Source: Candidatus Aminicenantes bacterium
Lineage (GTDB): Bacteria > Acidobacteriota > Aminicenantia > UBA2199
Reading direction: 5' to 3'
Length of the DNA: 64,000 nt
Assembly (NCBI GenBank): GCA_963759765.1
Contig: CAVXAL010000003.1
Coordinates: 1,011,080 to 1,075,079 of the forward strand
Shown: piece after piece, positions 9,088 through 18,943 of the stretch
How positions within the stretch are numbered: the first letter of the stretch is position 1
Layout: every line of letters begins with the position of its first letter
The notes under the pieces: model-generated
What the model was told of the DNA's origin: nothing
What the model saw: the letters and a program-made list of their open reading frames with translations, nothing else
Databases searched by the model: none
Program-made: the position numbers and the translations under genes

Positions 9088-10056
9088 TTACATTCTCCCT
9101 TTGCCGCTTTTGGCCGCCACGACCGTTGTCGCCTTGATGACCCAGCTGCCGATCTCGGCTTCATCCCAACGGATTTTGAAGTAGCCGGCTTCACCCCAGT
9201 GCACGCCCCAGGAATTTTTGCAGATCCAGTAGCGATCGGTCTTGTTGTAGCCCACCACCAGCACGACATGCCCCCCTTCGTCTATGGCGCCGGGCGTGAC
9301 CTCATAGATGCCGCCGGTGTAGTAGTAGAAATCGTTGTACACTTCAAACCAGGCCGCCACCGGGCCCTCCTGCAAGGCGGTCATGATGGCGTTGCTGTCC
9401 GCATAGCTCTGGGTCACGTACTGGTACTGACGAATGAAATAGCGGTTCTTGTACCAGTCCGCGCAGGGCCCGCAGGGCAGGTCGTGGGCTTGATAGGGGA
9501 AGCAGGTTTCCTGAGTCACTCCGGTCGTCGCAATGTAAATCAGAGCGCCATAGGTGTCCCCGCCAAACTGGCAGTTGCCGGCCCCCGAGCAGGAGACGAT
9601 CTGCTGTTCGGACAGATCGATGTCCAGACTGGGCTGGTTACGTTCTATTTTGTACATCGCCTCCACGGCGGCCACTGCGGCAAAGGCCCAGCAGCTTCCG
9701 CAGCCCCCTTGGTTGCGCACCGGCGTGACCCAGTTGCGGCCATTTTGCGAGTGCCAGTCGAACTGGTCGGGAAGGGCGGCCGGCTTGGCTTGCCCGCGGG
9801 GAATCAAAAATTTTTTGAATGGCGATCGGGATCGCTGCAGGGTCGGTCTGATCCCGCCCAGGTACATGCGGCGTTCGGCTTCCGGCAGCACGCTGATCTC
9901 GGTGTCTCCTGCCGTCCATGGCAGATGGTTGGCCAGGATGGCGGCAATGATTTTTTCCTTTTCCTCGTTCACCGTCTGCTGGTTCTGGGCAGTGGCAAAA
10001 ACCAGCGGCAACAGCAGGAAAAAAAGAAACAGCCAAGGGGCTCTCTTCGTTTTCAT
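9088..10056 (-). CDS. Papain-family (C1A) cysteine peptidase, secreted
   Basis: NQGGCGSCWAF (catalytic Cys), DLSEQQIVSC, GGHVVLVVGY (His), WICKNSWG (Asn). Start set at ATG 10056 from the promoter position. Confidence 0.93.
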   Translation of the reverse strand: MKTKRAPWLFLFFLLLPLVFATAQNQQTVNEEKEKIIAAILANHLPWTAGDTEISVLPEAERRMYLGGIRPTLQRSRSPFKKFLIPRGQAKPAALPDQFDWHSQNGRNWVTPVRNQGGCGSCWAFAAVAAVEAMYKIERNQPSLDIDLSEQQIVSCSGAGNCQFGGDTYGALIYIATTGVTQETCFPYQAHDLPCGPCADWYKNRYFIRQYQYVTQSYADSNAIMTALQEGPVAAWFEVYNDFYYYTGGIYEVTPGAIDEGGHVVLVVGYNKTDRYWICKNSWGVHWGEAGYFKIRWDEAEIGSWVIKATTVVAAKSGKGRM

Positions 10057-10062
10057 CTTTTC

Positions 10063-10091
10063 ATAGTAGAACACTCCCAGGGGGCTGTCAA
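10063..10091 (-). promoter_or_regulatory. Sigma70 promoter giving a probably leaderless C1A peptidase mRNA
   Basis: Minus strand: TTGACA (10091-10086), 17 nt, TACTAT (10068-10063), 6 nt, ATG 10056. Confidence 0.7.
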
Positions 10092-10130
10092 CGAGAGTCA
10101 GGTTTTGACTTTTTTCGATTTTCCGATAAC

Positions 10131-13100
10131 ATGTCGTCGGCTGGAGTGCTACAGGAAAGTGAGCCGATCGACGTGGAACCGCTGAAATCGAAGTTCATCG
10201 TTGATTTTCACGTGCACTCCCATTACTCGGTGGCCACCAGCCCCCAACTGGTCCCGGAATGGCTCGATTACTGGGCGCGACTCAAGGGGGTCACAGTGGT
10301 GGGCAGCGGCGATTTCACCCATCCGGGCTGGCTGCAGGAGCTGAAAGAGAAACTGGAGCCAGCTGAACCGGGACTGTTCCGGTTGAAAAAAGCGCTTCAG
10401 CGGGACGAGCTAAAACGCCTGCCCTGGGCTGGGGAACGCCCGGTCCGTTTCCTGCTCACCAGTGAAATCAGTTCCATCTACAAAAAGCGGGGACGGGTGC
10501 GCAAGGTGCACAACCTGGTTTTTGCACCGGACTTCGCAACGGTGGAGAACATCCAGAAAGAGTTGACACGCCTGAAGGCCAATATCAGTTCCGACGGCCG
10601 CCCCATTCTGGGCATGGATGCGCGCGACCTACTCGAACTGGCGCTGAGCGCCTCCAAGGGAACCGCCTTCTTTGTACCCGCCCACATCTGGACGCCCTGG
10701 TTCTCGCTGCTGGGCGACAAGTCCGGCTTTGATTCGCTGGCCGAGTGTTTTGACGATTTAAGCGGCCACATCCACGCGGTGGAGACCGGGCTCTCCTCCG
10801 ACCCGCCGATGAACTGGCTATGCAGCTTTCTCGATTCCTGCACCCTGATTTCCAATTCCGACGCCCACTCCCCGGACCGGGTCGGCCGCGAAGCCAATCT
10901 TTTCCATACCGAGCTCAGCTACGATGCCCTGCTGCAGGCCATGAAAACCGGTGACCGCAAGCAATTTCTGGGAACGGTTGAATTCTTCCCGCAGGAGGGC
11001 AAATACCATTTTGACGGCCACCGCCGCTGCGGCATCCGCCTGCATCCGGCCGAAACGTCCCGACAGGGAGGGCTCTGCCCCGCCTGCGGCAATCCGGTCA
11101 CCGTTGGCGTGCTCCACCGCGTGCTGAAGCTGGGTGACCGGACCGAAGGGCAGGAGAGGCCCCTGCGCCACCCCTTCCATTCGCTTATCCCGTTGCGGGA
11201 AATATTGTCCGAGATTCTGCGAACGGGCCCGGACTCCAGGAAAGTGGAAGAGTTCTATTTTTCTGTCTTGAAGGCCTTGGGACCGGAACTGCCCCTGCTG
11301 TTCGATACGCCTCTGGAGCGGATCCGGGAAGCGGCCGGTGAAGAGCTGGCCGAAGCGATCCGCCGCATGCGCCGGCAGGAGGTGTTCATCGAGGAGGGTT
11401 ACGACGGAGAATACGGCCGCATCCGGGTTTTTGCCGCTCAGGAAATCGGCCGCACAGGACAGGGGCAGCTGTTTGCCGAGCAGCAGCCGCTGCCCGCCGC
11501 ACCAAGAGAATCTCCTGCCCAAGAGAGTTTTTCGCTCCAACTTGGGAAAGAACCTTTGCTTGACAAGAAGGTTTTTCAGCCCCCCGACCCGGAAAAGCCG
11601 AATCCCGAGCAGCTCGACGCGATCCGCCACTTCCAGGGGCCGGCGTTGATCATTGCCGGGCCGGGAACAGGCAAGACCCATGTCCTGACCCAGCGCATCG
11701 CTTGCCTGATTTCGGAGCGCGCGGTGGAGCCGCAGCAGATTCTGGCAGTCACCTTCACCAACAAGGCTGCCCGCGAAATGCGCGAACGGCTCCGGCACTT
11801 GCTGGCCGGAGTTTCTGACAGGCCCCTGATAGCCACCTTCCATGCGTTCGGTTTGGGTCTGCTCAAGGAGCATGCCGACCGCTGCGGCCGCAGCCTGCAA
11901 TTTTGCCTGATCGGCGAAGAGGAGCGCCTGCAGCTGATCAAGAGCCTCGCCTTGCCCCAACAGATGAAAGCCGCGGCGGCGGCCGATTTCATTTCACACA
12001 GCAAGCAGAAACGGCTCCAGCCAGTCTGAGATCAACGACATCCGGCTGAGGGATTTTTTCAGCAATTATCAGGCGCGTTTGCAGGAGATGGACGCCTTCG
12101 ATCTGGAGGACCTGATTGGCGTTGCCTGCGATCTGCTGAGCCGCAATCCGGACATCAGCGAAGACTATCGCCGGCGCTATCGGCACGTTCTGGTAGATGA
12201 GTGCCAGGACATGAACGAAGCGCAATACCAGTTGCTCAAGCTCCTGCAGCCGCCGGCGGCAGCCAACCTGTGCCTGGTCGGTGATCCCGACCAGGCGATT
12301 TACGGGTTCCGCGGCGCCGATGCGACCCTGATGGAACGATTTTTGCGCGATTATCCAGGCACGATTCTTTTCCGTTTGACCAGGAGCTACCGCTGCTCCG
12401 AAAGAATTCTCAGAGCCTCCGCCGGAGTAATCCGTGAAAAAGATCAGGAAATTCGTCCTCTTTCCGGAATGGCGGAAGGCGTAAAAATCAACATCGTCCG
12501 CAATACCAGCGACCGAAGCGAAGCGGAATACATTGCCCGCACCATCGAAGGGATGCTGGGCGGTCTCCGTTTTTTTTCCCTGGACAGCCAGGTGAGCAGC
12601 GGCGAAAAAGCCAGCGATATCGAAAGCCTTGGAGATTTTGCCATACTCTGCCGCCTGAATGAACAGCTGCGCGAGATCCGCCAGGCCCTGCAGCACCACA
12701 ACATACCCTATCAGTGCGTGGAGGATCCGCCCTTTTTCAGGCGGGAGCCGATGCGCACCCTGCTCGATTTTCTCAACCTGGCGGCCAATCCCGATAATCC
12801 CTTTTTAAAGAGTATCGTTCAAAACCGTCTGGCCCAACACGAGATTTCCGGCCAAGTCTGGCAGCGGATTCTGCCCGGGTTGCAGAGCGTCAAGAGTGTC
12901 AAGGAGATGCTCGCCCTGTTGGCGCGGGAGTTGTTTGCGCCGGAAGCCGAAGATCTAAACCGGCTGCTGAACCTGGCCGAGCCGTACGGCACTGCGCTTG
13001 ACGATTTTTTGAAATTCGCGATCCTGGGAAGCGCGGCCGACACCCTTCGGCCCGGGCTGGAAAGCGTTTCTCTCATGACCATCCACGCGGCCAAAGGCCT

Positions 13101-13401
13101 GGAATTCGCCTGCGTGTTCATTCCCGGGTGCGAGGAGGGGCTGCTGCCGTACTCGCTATTCTCAAGCCAGCCCGCCGACGAACAGGAGGAAAAACGGCTG
13201 CTCTATGTCGGCATGACACGGGCCAGACGCTATCTGTTCCTGACCCATGCCGGAAAGCGGCTGCTTTTCGGCAAAAGCTACCAACTGCCCCGCAGCCGCT
13301 TTCTGGAAGGCATCGAGCAGGAGCTGCTGGAACTCAGCCAGCCCGAGTTCCGCAAAAAAGAGAAGCCGGCAGATCGGCAGCGTAAGCTTTTTGATCTGTG
13401 A
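10131..13401 (+). CDS. Endonuclease Q (PHP + zinc ribbon, YqxK/COG1379-like) fused to a UvrD/PcrA superfamily-1 helicase; apparent frameshift near 12021; start uncertain (10131 or 10173)
   Basis: N-terminus: DFHVHSHYS, AHIWTPWFS, ETGLSSDP, SNSDAHS, GKYHFDGHRRC..CPACG. Helicase: GPGTGKT, AVTFTNKAAREM, LVDECQD, VGDPDQAIYGFRGA, TIHAAKGLEF, RLLYVGMTRA. The second frame is already open at 12001-12078. Confidence 0.88.
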
Positions 13402-13407
13402 AACGAA

Positions 13408-15108
13408 TCAGGTCTGGGTGGCTCGCTCCAGCCGTTTCATGATAGAGAAAATGAAAGCGGCCGAGAGCAGGCAGCAGATCACCAGAATGGACCAGAGTGT
13501 CCAGAGCGGGACCTTCTGCCACAGGCTGCCGGTGATGCTGAGCAGGTAGTTGCCCAGGGCGTTGGCCGTGAACCAGCCGCCCTGCATCAGTCCCTTGTAC
13601 TTGGGCGGAGCCACCTTCGACACGAACGAGATGCCCATGGGGCTGAGGAAAAGTTCGGCGATGGTCAGGATCAGGTAGGTGGAAATCAGCCAGTAGGGGG
13701 AAACCAGCATGGTGGCCGGCGCGACCTGGCCGCCCAGCGCTTTGGGGCTGGCCAGGCCCAACGAACCGACAATGAGCACAGAGAACGCGGCCGCGGCCAG
13801 CAGCATGCCGAAGCCGATCTTGCGCGGGGCTGAGGGCTCTTTTCCCCTGCGGTTGAGGTTGGCGAAAAAGAGGATCACCAGCGGCGTCAGGGCGACAATA
13901 AAGAAGGGATTGAAGTGTTGAAACTTTTGCGGGGTGAAGGGGTTGGCTGCGGCATAGCCCTGGTAACGGAGATAGGCCAGCAGCGCGAACCCGGCAAAGG
14001 CCGTTGCACCCAGAAGCCGGACCAGGGGCTTGCTCCCTTTTCTTAACAGAGTTATCAGCCCGACCAGGGAGAGGAAGAGGGGCAGCAACGCGAACAGGTC
14101 GAACCAGAGGTTGGTCACCCTGTCCACACGGGGCACCGTGTAATCGCGGGCGAAATAGGTCATGGTCAAACCGCTCTGCTGGAAAGCCATCCAGAAAAAG
14201 ATGACCACAAAAAAGACCAGACCCAGCGCGATCAGCCGTTGGCGGGTCTGTTGCGGGCTCAGCTCAATCATCTGGGATTTGAGGTTTGCGGATTTGCTTT
14301 TCTGCTTTTCGGTCAGGTCGGCCGCCCGGTAGTGCTTGCGGAAGCCCCAGAAAATGAGCATGGAAAGCAGCAAGCTGACGCACGCCACGCCGAACCCGTA
14401 ATGGTAGGACTTGCTCAGGGCGTTGATGTAGTTTTCGGAAAACTGTTTCAACGTCTCCAGCGTGACGGTCCCGTCCTGGGTTCGGGCGATGGCCAGGTAA
14501 GCGGTGGCGTTGGCCAGCCGGTTCTTCAGCAGGGCGTTGGCCAGAGCCGGGATGCGGGCGTCGTACACGTAGTGATAGGAAGCCAGGATCCAGTTGGTGA
14601 TTTTTTCTGCTGCCGTGGGCGCGAACATGGCGCCGATGTTGATGCCCATGTAAAAAATATTGAAAGCCCGGTCGCGCTGGGCGCTGTAGCGGGGGTCGTC
14701 ATACAGGTTGCCAACCAGGGCCTGCAGGTTCCCCTTGAAAAAGCCGGTGCCGATGGCGATCACCGCCAGGGCGGCCAGCGTCAGGCTGAAGCCGGTGCCC
14801 ATGGAGGTGGGCAGGGCCAGCAGCACGTAGCCGGCGAACATCACCACCAGTCCCAGGCTGATGGTGCGCCCGTAGCCCCACACCCGGTCGGCCAGCAGCC
14901 CGCCGATCAGGGGGAAGAAATAGACGAAAGCCATGAAAATGCCGTAAACCTGGCTGGCCGCTGCCGCGTCCAGTCCGTACTTGGCCTGAACGAAGAGGAC
15001 GAAAATGGCCACCATGGTGTAAAAGCCGAAACGCTCGCCCATGTTGGCGAAAAAAGCCACGAAGAGCCCCTTGGGGTGTTCTTTGAACGTCGCTGCCACC
15101 TCCTTCAA
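13408..15108 (-). CDS. Proton-dependent oligopeptide transporter (POT/PTR, DtpT-like); true start may be ACG 15090
   Basis: HPKGL, ERFGFYTM (ExxERFxYY-like), GTGFFKGN, FYMGINIG, AELFLSPMG. Confidence 0.92.
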   Translation of the reverse strand: MKEVAATFKEHPKGLFVAFFANMGERFGFYTMVAIFVLFVQAKYGLDAAAASQVYGIFMAFVYFFPLIGGLLADRVWGYGRTISLGLVVMFAGYVLLALPTSMGTGFSLTLAALAVIAIGTGFFKGNLQALVGNLYDDPRYSAQRDRAFNIFYMGINIGAMFAPTAAEKITNWILASYHYVYDARIPALANALLKNRLANATAYLAIARTQDGTVTLETLKQFSENYINALSKSYHYGFGVACVSLLLSMLIFWGFRKHYRAADLTEKQKSKSANLKSQMIELSPQQTRQRLIALGLVFFVVIFFWMAFQQSGLTMTYFARDYTVPRVDRVTNLWFDLFALLPLFLSLVGLITLLRKGSKPLVRLLGATAFAGFALLAYLRYQGYAAANPFTPQKFQHFNPFFIVALTPLVILFFANLNRRGKEPSAPRKIGFGMLLAAAAFSVLIVGSLGLASPKALGGQVAPATMLVSPYWLISTYLILTIAELFLSPMGISFVSKVAPPKYKGLMQGGWFTANALGNYLLSITGSLWQKVPLWTLWSILVICCLLSAAFIFSIMKRLERATQT

Positions 15109-15114
15109 GGAGTT

Positions 15115-16116
15115 TTATCTGATTAGCAATTTACAGCAGCTGTAGATTGTGCCGGCGCACAGGGCAGCCATGGGTATGGTCAGAATCCAGGCCCAGACGA
15201 TGCGGATCGTCACCTGCCATTTGACGGCGCGGACATTCCAGACCGTGCCCACGCCCGCTATGGCCCCGGTGATCACGTGGGTGGTGGAGACCGGAATGCC
15301 CAGAAAAGTGGAAAGGAAGATGGACATGGCGCTGGCCGTTTCCGCGCAGAAGCCGTCAATGGGCCTTAATTTGGTGATCCGTTGCCCCATGGTTTTCACG
15401 ATGCGCCAGCCGCCCGACAGGGTGCCCAGGGCGATGGCGGAGTGGGCGGCCAGGACCACGTACAGGGGAATGTGGAACTTTTTCAGGAGCCCCGCCGAAA
15501 ACAGCAGGCTGGTCATGATGCCCATCGTTTTCTGGGCGTCGTTGCTGCCGTGGCCCAGGCTGTAGAGCGCAGCCGAAATCAACTGAATGCGGCGGGACCA
15601 CAGATTGATGATCGGCAGCGGTTGTTTATGCACCAGCCGGATGGTCAGCATCATCAGCAGGATGCCCAGAACCAAGCCCAGCAGCGGCGCCAGCACGATG
15701 AAGACCAGGGTTTTGATCCAGCCCTTCATGATCATCACGCCGAAACCCGCTTTGACCACCGACGCGCCCAGGTAGCCTCCAATCAAAGCATGGGAAGAGC
15801 TGGAAGGCAATCCCCAGTGCCAGGTCAGAAGATTCCAGGTGATGGCGCCGATCAGGCCTGAGAAAATGACCCAGGAGTCGACGACCGTGATGTCGATCAG
15901 TCCCTTGCCGATGGTTTCGGCCACTGCCGTGCCGAATATCAGAAAGGCTACAAAATTGAAGAAGGCGGCCCAGACCACCGCCTGCCGCGGGCTCAGCACT
16001 TTGGTCGAGACAATGGTGGCGATGGAATTGGCCGCGTCGTGCATGCCGTTGGTGAAATCGAAGGCCAAGGCGATGAGGATGATGAAAAGAACGAAAATCA
16101 GACCGCCCGCGGCCAT
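15115..16116 (-). CDS. Inorganic phosphate transporter, PiT family
   Basis: PiT signatures GMHDAANSIAT and HGSNDAQKTMG, PSSSSHALIG, PVSTTH. Confidence 0.93.
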   Translation of the reverse strand: MAAGGLIFVLFIILIALAFDFTNGMHDAANSIATIVSTKVLSPRQAVVWAAFFNFVAFLIFGTAVAETIGKGLIDITVVDSWVIFSGLIGAITWNLLTWHWGLPSSSSHALIGGYLGASVVKAGFGVMIMKGWIKTLVFIVLAPLLGLVLGILLMMLTIRLVHKQPLPIINLWSRRIQLISAALYSLGHGSNDAQKTMGIMTSLLFSAGLLKKFHIPLYVVLAAHSAIALGTLSGGWRIVKTMGQRITKLRPIDGFCAETASAMSIFLSTFLGIPVSTTHVITGAIAGVGTVWNVRAVKWQVTIRIVWAWILTIPMAALCAGTIYSCCKLLIR

Positions 16117-16225
16117 GGATCATCCGTTTGACTGCGAAAGAGTTTCAATTTGCTGTCGCCGTTCAGAATTTGTCGACGTGTCATGTTAAACGGAGAAGCG
16201 AACGAAGTCAATATGTCCCTTTCTA

Positions 16226-16254
16226 TTTACTTGGTCTTTCTTTTTTAATACAAT
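16226..16254 (+). promoter_or_regulatory. Sigma70 promoter of the emrAB-tolC-like operon
   Basis: TTTACT (16226-16231), 17 nt, TACAAT (16249-16254); predicted TSS about 16261. Confidence 0.6.
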
Positions 16255-16334
16255 GCGTCCGGATCGGAATGAAATCGCAACCGCCGTGGATTCCGTTGCG
16301 AGGTCATTCGCAGATTGACTCTGAAAGGTAAAAA

Positions 16335-17295
16335 ATGGAAAAACCACAACGTCAGGAAACGCTGGACGAGGATATCGCCCAGGTGCCGCTCTACCGCAAG
16401 AAGCGCGTGCTCATCCCTTTTCTGCTGTTCATCCTTGCCGTCGTCATTGGGGTCTGGTACTGGTATACCCAGTTGCGGAACTTCGTTTCCACCGACGACG
16501 CTTATATCGATGCCGACCGCGTCTCCATCAGCTCCAAAATTCTCGGGCGCGTGGCGCGTTTGACAGCCGATGAAGGCGATGCGGTGAAACAGGGAGAGCT
16601 TCTGGTGCAGCTGGATGACGCGGATTGGCGTGCGCAGGCCGAACAGGCCCGGGCCGGCCTGGCTCTGGCCGAAGAGAGCCTGCCGCTTTCCCGGGTCAAC
16701 CTGGAAAGGGCGCAGGAGGATTTTCAGCGCGCCGAGATGCAATTCCAGAAGGCCATCATCACGCAGGAGCAATTCAGCCACGCCCAGAAGACGCTGCAGG
16801 CGGCCCGCGCCGAAACCGCCATCGCCCTCGCCAAGATCACCATAGCCAGGGCGCAGCTGGGTGTGGCCGAGACCCAATTGCAGAATACGGTCATGGTGGC
16901 GCCGTTTGCCGGCGCCGTGGCCAAACGCTGGGTGCTCGAGGGCGATGTGGTGCAGCCCGGCCAGCCGATCCTGACCATCTACGATTTCAGGCGGGTCTGG
17001 GTGACGGCCAACCTGGAGGAGACCAAGCTGGGCAAGGTCCGGCTCCAGGACGATGTGGAGATCACAGTCGATACCTACCCGGGCCGGCATCTTCCGCGGC
17101 AAGGTGTTTCTCATCGGCGATTACGCGGCCTCCGAGTTCTCCCTGATTCCGCCCAACAACGCCTCCGGGAATTTCACCAAGATCACCCAGCGGGTGCCGC
17201 TGAAAATTTCCCTGGACAGCCTGACGCCGGAAGAGAAAACGAAATATCCCCTGCGGCCCGGCATGTCGGTGGAAATCAGGATCCGCATTCAGTAG
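16335..17295 (+). CDS. emrA: EmrA/HlyD-family periplasmic adaptor; apparent +1 indel near 17086
   Basis: VSTDDAYIDAD, coiled hairpin, APFAGAV; the C-terminus FSLIPPNNASGNFTKITQRVPLKI is in the shifted frame (17053-17295). Confidence 0.9.
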
Positions 17296-17298
17296 TCC

Positions 17299-18918
17299 AT
17301 GGTTCTGAAGTTCGCCAGGTTCCTCAGAAGCGGAGCGGTGCAGCAGATCCCTTCGCTGCACCACGAGCATGCCAGTTACCGCTGGTGGGTGATCCTCAAT
17401 ATTATGATCGGAACCTTCATGGCTGTGCTCGATGCCACGATTGTCAATGTGGCGCTGGCCAAGATCATGGGCGTTTTCGGCATCACCCTCGACCGGGTGG
17501 AATGGGTGGTGACCGCTTACATGCTGGTTTTCGCCGTGATGCTGCCGACCTCCGGCTGGCTGGCGGACCACTTCGGCTACAAGCGGACCTACCTGACGGC
17601 GTTGGCCATTTTTACCCTGGGATCGTTTCTCTGCTCCCTGTCCTGGAATGTGAATGCCCTGATCTTTTTCCGGGTCATCCAGGGAATGGGGGCGGGACTG
17701 ATGATGCCCGTGGGCATGGCCATCGTCACCCGCGAGTTCCCGCGCGAGCAGCGCGGCATGGCCCTGGGATTCTGGGCCATTGCCGCCGCGGCCTCCGTGT
17801 CGCTGGGCCCGATGATCGGCGGCTACCTGGTCGACCATTTTGCCTGGCACACCATATTCGACGTCAACGTGCCGGTGGGCATCATCGGGATTTTCGCCAC
17901 CGTCATGATCCAGCGGGAATACAAGACCGCCCACACGCGCACCTTTGACCTGGCGGGATTCCTTTCCATGGGAGTTTTTCTGGCCTTCCTGCTTCTGGCC
18001 CTGACCGGCGGCAACTCGGCCTGGAACACCGGCGGCTGGACCTCCACTTACATCCTCTCCTGTTTTGCCATCTCCATCGTGGCGCTGGTCATTTTCTTCA
18101 TCGTGGAATTCTCGGTCAAGCATCCCCTGCTGGACCTGAGCCTGTTTCGCTATTTCAATTTCAGCCTCTCCAATCTGGTGCTGTTCGTCTTCGGCATGGG
18201 CATGTTCGGCAGCACCTTCCTGCTGCCCCTTTTCCTGCAGAATTCCCTCGGCTATACCGCGTTCCAGGCCGGCCTGATGTTCCTGCCGGTGGGCATCCTG
18301 CAGGGGCTCCTGTCGCCCATCTCTGGCCTGCTTTCCGACCGCGTCAATCCCAAGATCCCGGCCGTCATCGGCATCATGCTGATGGCCCTCAGCCTGTTTC
18401 TGAACCATTCCCTGTCGCTGTTTTCCGAGCAGAGCCAGATTGCTTTCACGCTCTATATCCGGGGATTCGCCATGGGCCTGCTTTTCACCCCGCTGAGCAC
18501 CATGGCCCTGTCGGAGATCCCCCGAGAAAAGATGGCCCAGGCGTCGGGCATATTCAATGTCATCCGCCAGATCGGCGGCAGTTTCGGCGTGGCTCTCATG
18601 GGCACCATGCTGACCCGCCGGCTCCTCTTTCATTCCGCCATCTACGGCGGCGCGGTGGATCCCTACTCGCCGGTCTTTAAAAACACGGTCCTGCGGCTGC
18701 AGTATTTCGCCCGTCACGTGGCCGGGGGCCCGCCGGCGCTCAACCTGGTCAGGGCCAAAACGCTGGCCTCCGCCCATATCGGCCAGCAGGCATTCGTGTC
18801 TGCTGTGGGCGACGATTTCTTCATTGCCGCATTGATCACTGCTGTCTGCCTGATCTTCATCCTGTTTTTGCGGACGGGGAAAAAATATAAGGGAAAAGAT
18901 GTGGCAACCCTGGAATGA
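17299..18918 (+). CDS. emrB: DHA2 (EmrB/QacA) MFS efflux transporter
   Basis: GTFMAVLDATIVNVAL, GWLADHFG, RVIQGMG, NVIRQIGGSFGVA; about 14 TM segments. Confidence 0.92.
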   Translation: MVLKFARFLRSGAVQQIPSLHHEHASYRWWVILNIMIGTFMAVLDATIVNVALAKIMGVFGITLDRVEWVVTAYMLVFAVMLPTSGWLADHFGYKRTYLTALAIFTLGSFLCSLSWNVNALIFFRVIQGMGAGLMMPVGMAIVTREFPREQRGMALGFWAIAAAASVSLGPMIGGYLVDHFAWHTIFDVNVPVGIIGIFATVMIQREYKTAHTRTFDLAGFLSMGVFLAFLLLALTGGNSAWNTGGWTSTYILSCFAISIVALVIFFIVEFSVKHPLLDLSLFRYFNFSLSNLVLFVFGMGMFGSTFLLPLFLQNSLGYTAFQAGLMFLPVGILQGLLSPISGLLSDRVNPKIPAVIGIMLMALSLFLNHSLSLFSEQSQIAFTLYIRGFAMGLLFTPLSTMALSEIPREKMAQASGIFNVIRQIGGSFGVALMGTMLTRRLLFHSAIYGGAVDPYSPVFKNTVLRLQYFARHVAGGPPALNLVRAKTLASAHIGQQAFVSAVGDDFFIAALITAVCLIFILFLRTGKKYKGKDVATLE

Positions 18919-18943
18919 AATTTCTCAAAAAGGTGATGAAAGG

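Noticed and set aside
12001-12080. Programmed ribosomal frameshift or stop read-through in EndoQ-UvrD and other split genes
   Set aside because: No slippery heptamer or stimulatory structure seen; the genome-wide indel pattern explains the breaks.
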